Shown piece after piece: positions 60,425-64,000 of a DNA stretch of 64,000 nt (position 1 is the stretch's first letter; each line of letters starts with the position of its first letter). The notes under the pieces are model-generated. The model was not told the origin of the DNA. It made no database searches and worked only from the letters and a program-made list of their open reading frames with translations. Location of the stretch: NCBI GenBank assembly GCA_963664325.2, contig CAXXDQ010000004.1:64001-128000 (forward strand), read 5' to 3'. The stretch is from Desulfomonilia bacterium. Lineage in GTDB: Bacteria; Desulfobacterota; Desulfomonilia; UBA1062. The translations under genes were made by a program, and so were the position numbers.

Positions 60425-61711
60425 ATGGCGAATGTTGTACTGGTAAGCGGGGCAAGGACTGCTGTCGGGGCTTTCGGCGGTACGCTTAAAGATATCCCGG
60501 CCAAAGACCTTGGCGCACTCGTAATAAAGACGGCACTGGAAAAGACCGGTCTTAAACCCGCTGTTTCCCCAGAGGCCGAAAACGATGCGCCGGATAAGCT
60601 GAAAGGCCAGGGACTGAGCGAAATCGAAAAGAAATATGCCAGACTTGAAAAAGGCAAAGAAATAGTCATTGACGAGGTCATCATGGGAAATGTCCTTTAC
60701 GCGGGACAGGGCCAGAACACCGCCAGGCAGGCCATGATCATGGCCGGTCTCCCCAAGGAAACGACCGCTTTCACAATCAACAAGGTGTGCGCATCAGGCA
60801 TGAAGGCGATAGCGCTTGGCGCGGCGTCGATAAAGGCCGGTGACGCATCAGCTGTAATCGCAGGCGGCATGGAAAACATGAGCGACGTACCGTATGCAAT
60901 GCCGAAGGCGCGCTGGGGATACCGCATGGACATGCCTTTCGGCAAGGTAACGGACCTGATGGTGTTTGACGGCCTCTTTGAAATTTTTTACGGCTACCAC
61001 ATGGGCATCACTGCTGAAAATATCGCCGAAAAATACGGCATCACCCGGGCCGACCAGGACAGGCTGGGGCTTGCGAGTCATAACAGGGCCCTTGCGGCAA
61101 TCAAGAGCGGCATATTGAAAGACGAGATAATCCCTGTGGTCATTCCACAGAAAAAGGGCGATCCTAAAATATTCGATACCGATGAACGGCCGATGGAAAC
61201 GACACTGGAGAAAATGGGCAAGCTGGCAACGGTCTTTAAAAAAGACGGAACTGTCACGGCAGGGAATGCATCGGGCATCAATGACGCCGCCGCCGCATGC
61301 CTGCTCATGGACGAGGACAAGGCCAGGGCGATGGGGCTGAAACCGCTCGCCAGGATAAAAGGATATGCCACAGGCGGGCTTGACCCTGCATATATGGGGC
61401 TGGGACCTATCCCGGCGATCAGGAAACTCATGAGGATTACAGGGACCTCCATTAAAGACTACGGCCTCTTCGAGCTCAACGAGGCCTTTGCGTCACAGGC
61501 CATAGCCTGCATGAACGAACTTGGTATTTCAGAAGATATCTGCAATGTAAACGGTTCGGGAATCTCCATAGGCCATCCCATCGGCTGCACCGGCGCACGC
61601 ATCGTAATTGCGCTGGCATACGAGATGAAGCGCAGAAACATCTCTCTGGGTCTGGCTTCACTGTGCATAGGCGGCGGTCAGGGAATGGCGCTCTCTATCG
61701 AAGCAATTTAG
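60425..61711 (+). CDS. Acetyl-CoA C-acyltransferase (thiolase)
   Basis: NKVCASG, NEAFA, GHPIGCTG, CIGGGQG. Confidence 0.96.
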   Translation: MANVVLVSGARTAVGAFGGTLKDIPAKDLGALVIKTALEKTGLKPAVSPEAENDAPDKLKGQGLSEIEKKYARLEKGKEIVIDEVIMGNVLYAGQGQNTARQAMIMAGLPKETTAFTINKVCASGMKAIALGAASIKAGDASAVIAGGMENMSDVPYAMPKARWGYRMDMPFGKVTDLMVFDGLFEIFYGYHMGITAENIAEKYGITRADQDRLGLASHNRALAAIKSGILKDEIIPVVIPQKKGDPKIFDTDERPMETTLEKMGKLATVFKKDGTVTAGNASGINDAAAACLLMDEDKARAMGLKPLARIKGYATGGLDPAYMGLGPIPAIRKLMRITGTSIKDYGLFELNEAFASQAIACMNELGISEDICNVNGSGISIGHPIGCTGARIVIALAYEMKRRNISLGLASLCIGGGQGMALSIEAI

Positions 61712-61724
61712 TCTCTGATAATCG

Positions 61725-61760
61725 AGGCGGGGCGGCTTGTAAAAAAACGCCCCGCTTTGT
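61725..61760 (+). terminator. Probable terminator after thiolase
   Basis: GCGGGGCG ... CGCCCCGC followed by TTTGT. Confidence 0.5.
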
Positions 61761-61898
61761 AAAGAGGGCTGTTATCTGCCTGACTGCTCTTTAAAATATT
61801 TCATCTATTGCCATTCTGTTGCCAGTAAAATGGGCATAATATTTCCACTGCCGGCAATTAAATGATACCTGCAGCATGCTATTCCAACTACTTACATA

Positions 61899-61914
61899 TG
61901 GCACCGGGCATGCA
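61899..61914 (+). promoter_or_regulatory. Sigma-54 (-24/-12) promoter
   Basis: TGGCACCGGGCATGCA with GG-N10-GC spacing, about 37 nt upstream of the 61951 start. Confidence 0.6.
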
Positions 61915-61950
61915 TATATTAAATAAAACGAAAAAATCCAGGAGGTCTTC

Positions 61951-63174
61951 ATGAAGAAGATTCATCTTGTGCTAACCGTTATCATTGTCCTTTTCACCGG
62001 CGCATGTTCGGGTTCGGGCGGTAATGACGCTGCCAATACCACCGGCGAGACGACAAATATAAACAAGCAGGACACCCAGAAGGATGAGACTGTAACGGAA
62101 GAAAAGCTCCTCGGCGGGATGAACCTTTATTATGGGAACCTTCACGGACATACAAATTATTCCTGGCCCGAGGTGAAAAATTATACGCCTGCAGAGTCTT
62201 TTGAATATGCGAAGAACCAGGGACTTGATTTCTGTGCAGTGACGGACCATGACATATGGCTGGATGTAAACCTCAAACCCCAGTACTGGCTCAACGACAA
62301 GGCATGGCAGGAGATCGGCCAGGCGGCAGACGATGCCAATTCAGATGGCTACTTTACAGCCATAAGAGGCTTTGAATGGAGCAACCCGACTTATGGCCAT
62401 ATCTGCATTTTCGATACACCGGATTATACTGATTTCCTGATTACACCGTTTGAACCTGTCATCCCCTGTCTCATGCCAAGCATTTACACCTGGATTGACA
62501 AGCGGAATGCCATAGCGCAGTTCAACCATCCGGGCCGGGAGGAGAAGATGTTCAACAACCTTGAATATGATGAAACAGTAGCGGACAATCTGGCTCTTAT
62601 GGAAACCGGCAACAAGGACGACGGCAACTATACAAACGATTACGTGCCCAACTATATACTTGCACTGGACAAAGGCTGGAAACTGGGACCTGCAGCAAAC
62701 CAGGACAACCATGTGCTTCATATAAATTCCCACAGGACGGTGGTCGCTGCACCCGAACTCACAAGGGATTCCCTGTTATCCGCTTTGCGGGAAAGGCGCA
62801 CATATGCAACCGACGACGCGAATATAAGGGTTATATTCAAGGCCGGCGACACGTGGATGGGATCAACCGTTATTACAGAAGATGATTCCATCGTCCTGAC
62901 AGTCATGGTGAATGATGACGAGCCCGTAGAAAGCCTTGAGATTATTACAAACAGCGGAACGGTGATTGCCCGGAAGTCTTTCCCGACCGATGAGACATCA
63001 GTATTCTGGCAGGTCGCCGTGCCGTGCCATAACGGATCATATTTCTTTCTGAAGGCGACTGAAAAGGACACATTAAACGACGAACTTAACAACAGGACTT
63101 TCCCCGACGTCAACAGGACAAACGGAACGCAGGTTGCAGTAACGGCTCCGATCTGGATTTCATCCGTTTACTGA
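61951..63174 (+). CDS. PHP-fold metallohydrolase lipoprotein (CehA/McbA/DUF3604-like)
   Basis: Lipobox TGAC, GNLHGHTNYS, VTDHD, GFEW..GHI, FNHP, NQDNH, RRTYAT, TAPIW. Confidence 0.85.
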   Translation: MKKIHLVLTVIIVLFTGACSGSGGNDAANTTGETTNINKQDTQKDETVTEEKLLGGMNLYYGNLHGHTNYSWPEVKNYTPAESFEYAKNQGLDFCAVTDHDIWLDVNLKPQYWLNDKAWQEIGQAADDANSDGYFTAIRGFEWSNPTYGHICIFDTPDYTDFLITPFEPVIPCLMPSIYTWIDKRNAIAQFNHPGREEKMFNNLEYDETVADNLALMETGNKDDGNYTNDYVPNYILALDKGWKLGPAANQDNHVLHINSHRTVVAAPELTRDSLLSALRERRTYATDDANIRVIFKAGDTWMGSTVITEDDSIVLTVMVNDDEPVESLEIITNSGTVIARKSFPTDETSVFWQVAVPCHNGSYFFLKATEKDTLNDELNNRTFPDVNRTNGTQVAVTAPIWISSVY

Positions 63175-63179
63175 AAAAC

Positions 63180-63223
63180 CCAGGTTGCATGCCCTGACAG
63201 GGGGGACGGGGCATGCAGCCTGG
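63180..63223. repeat. Long intergenic stem-loop
   Basis: CCAGGTTGCATGCCC ... GGGCATGCAGCCTGG (15-bp stem with one G-T pair) just after a stop codon. Confidence 0.6.
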
Positions 63224-63336
63224 ATCCGGTCAAAGCCTCTAATCCGGTTCATCCGGTCTGCCCCTACTCGCTGTTTCCCCAATTAAACAAATTATGTTAT
63301 CCTTGAATCAAGATTAAATCAGTGAAAGGGAAAAAT

Positions 63337-63717
63337 ATGAAATCCATACATGTTAAAAAGTATTTTCTCATTTCTGTTTTACTGGGATTTGCTGTCGCCC
63401 TTTTGTATCCTGCAAGCGTAATGGCCCATCCGCCCAAAGGGCTGACGGCAGAATATGATATCGCAGCCCAGAAGCTCACGGTAAGGATCGACCACAATTC
63501 ATTTTCACCTACAATGCATTACATCAACAAGGTCGAAATAAAGAAGAACGCCCAGCCCGCAATCAACCAGACATATAAAAGCCAGCCTGAAAAAAACCCG
63601 TTTGAATATACATACGAAATACCTGCTAAAGCTGGCGACATCCTTGAAATAAAGGCAAGCTGCAATATATTCGGTTCAAAAACCGTCAGCATTACCGTAG
63701 CAAAACAAGCCCAATAA
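63337..63717 (+). CDS. Small secreted beta-sandwich protein with mature N-terminal His
   Basis: Signal peptide VMA|HPP; IDH, HYINKVEI, ASCNIFG. Confidence 0.8.
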   Translation: MKSIHVKKYFLISVLLGFAVALLYPASVMAHPPKGLTAEYDIAAQKLTVRIDHNSFSPTMHYINKVEIKKNAQPAINQTYKSQPEKNPFEYTYEIPAKAGDILEIKASCNIFGSKTVSITVAKQAQ

Positions 63718-63729
63718 AGGAGGATAAAT

Positions 63730-64000
63730 ATGAAGGCTCGAAATATTACTTCGTCGTTGATCATTCTAGCAGCGGTTTTTCTTTCATTTAACCCTGCATC
63801 GGCCCATGAACCTTCGTCGCTGAATCTCAGCTACGATTTATCATCCCAGACTCTGTCGGTAACAGTGGGACATTATACATATGATGTCACGGTGGATTAT
63901 ATCGACAGCATCGCGATCAAGATCAACGGCAAAGATTATAAGACATTCAACTATACAAGCCAGTACGTTAAGACTATGGCCTCGTTTTCATACAAGGTGG
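63730..64000 (+). CDS. Paralog of the preceding secreted protein (runs off window)
   Basis: GGAGG RBS; my translation MKARNITSSLIILAAVFLSFNPASA|HEPSSLNLSYDLSSQTLSVTVGHYTYDVTVDYIDSIAIK aligns with the previous gene. Confidence 0.8.
   Translation, partial: MKARNITSSLIILAAVFLSFNPASAHEPSSLNLSYDLSSQTLSVTVGHYTYDVTVDYIDSIAIKINGKDYKTFNYTSQYVKTMASFSYKV

Overview
This window is bacterial chromosomal DNA. Gene order and protein families suggest an anaerobic deltaproteobacterium (Desulfobacterota-like; inference). Most of it is housekeeping: rsmG (partial), rpoH-hsp20, mltD, pgsA, an argBDFGH-lipoprotein-lysA-dapA-dapB-FAH-folK-sensor kinase run, an outer-membrane lipoprotein operon, ogt/moaA, hisI-hisG-map, cysK, a peptide ABC transporter, EndoQ, uppS-cdsA-cdsA-dxr-rseP-tsaB, mobA-pepD and a thiolase. 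The stand-out is an AT-rich island at about 54.95-59.25 kb. It carries a two-gene operon: a 136-aa orphan followed by a 934-aa fusion of a SAMHD1-like HD phosphohydrolase and a C-terminal phosphoribosyltransferase-like domain, a candidate nucleotide-targeting anti-phage system. The island is bracketed by inverted copies of a 115-bp MITE, an octamer palindrome and a decayed Y1/RAYT transposase. Other notable signals are a chimeric dxr/uppS recombination scar between two cdsA paralogs, a MinD/FlhG-like protein with a degenerate P-loop, an EndoQ ending in a clamp-binding motif, and tandem secreted proteins with a mature N-terminal His. No rRNA, tRNA or CRISPR array was seen. All calls come from motif recognition by eye; no database search was run.
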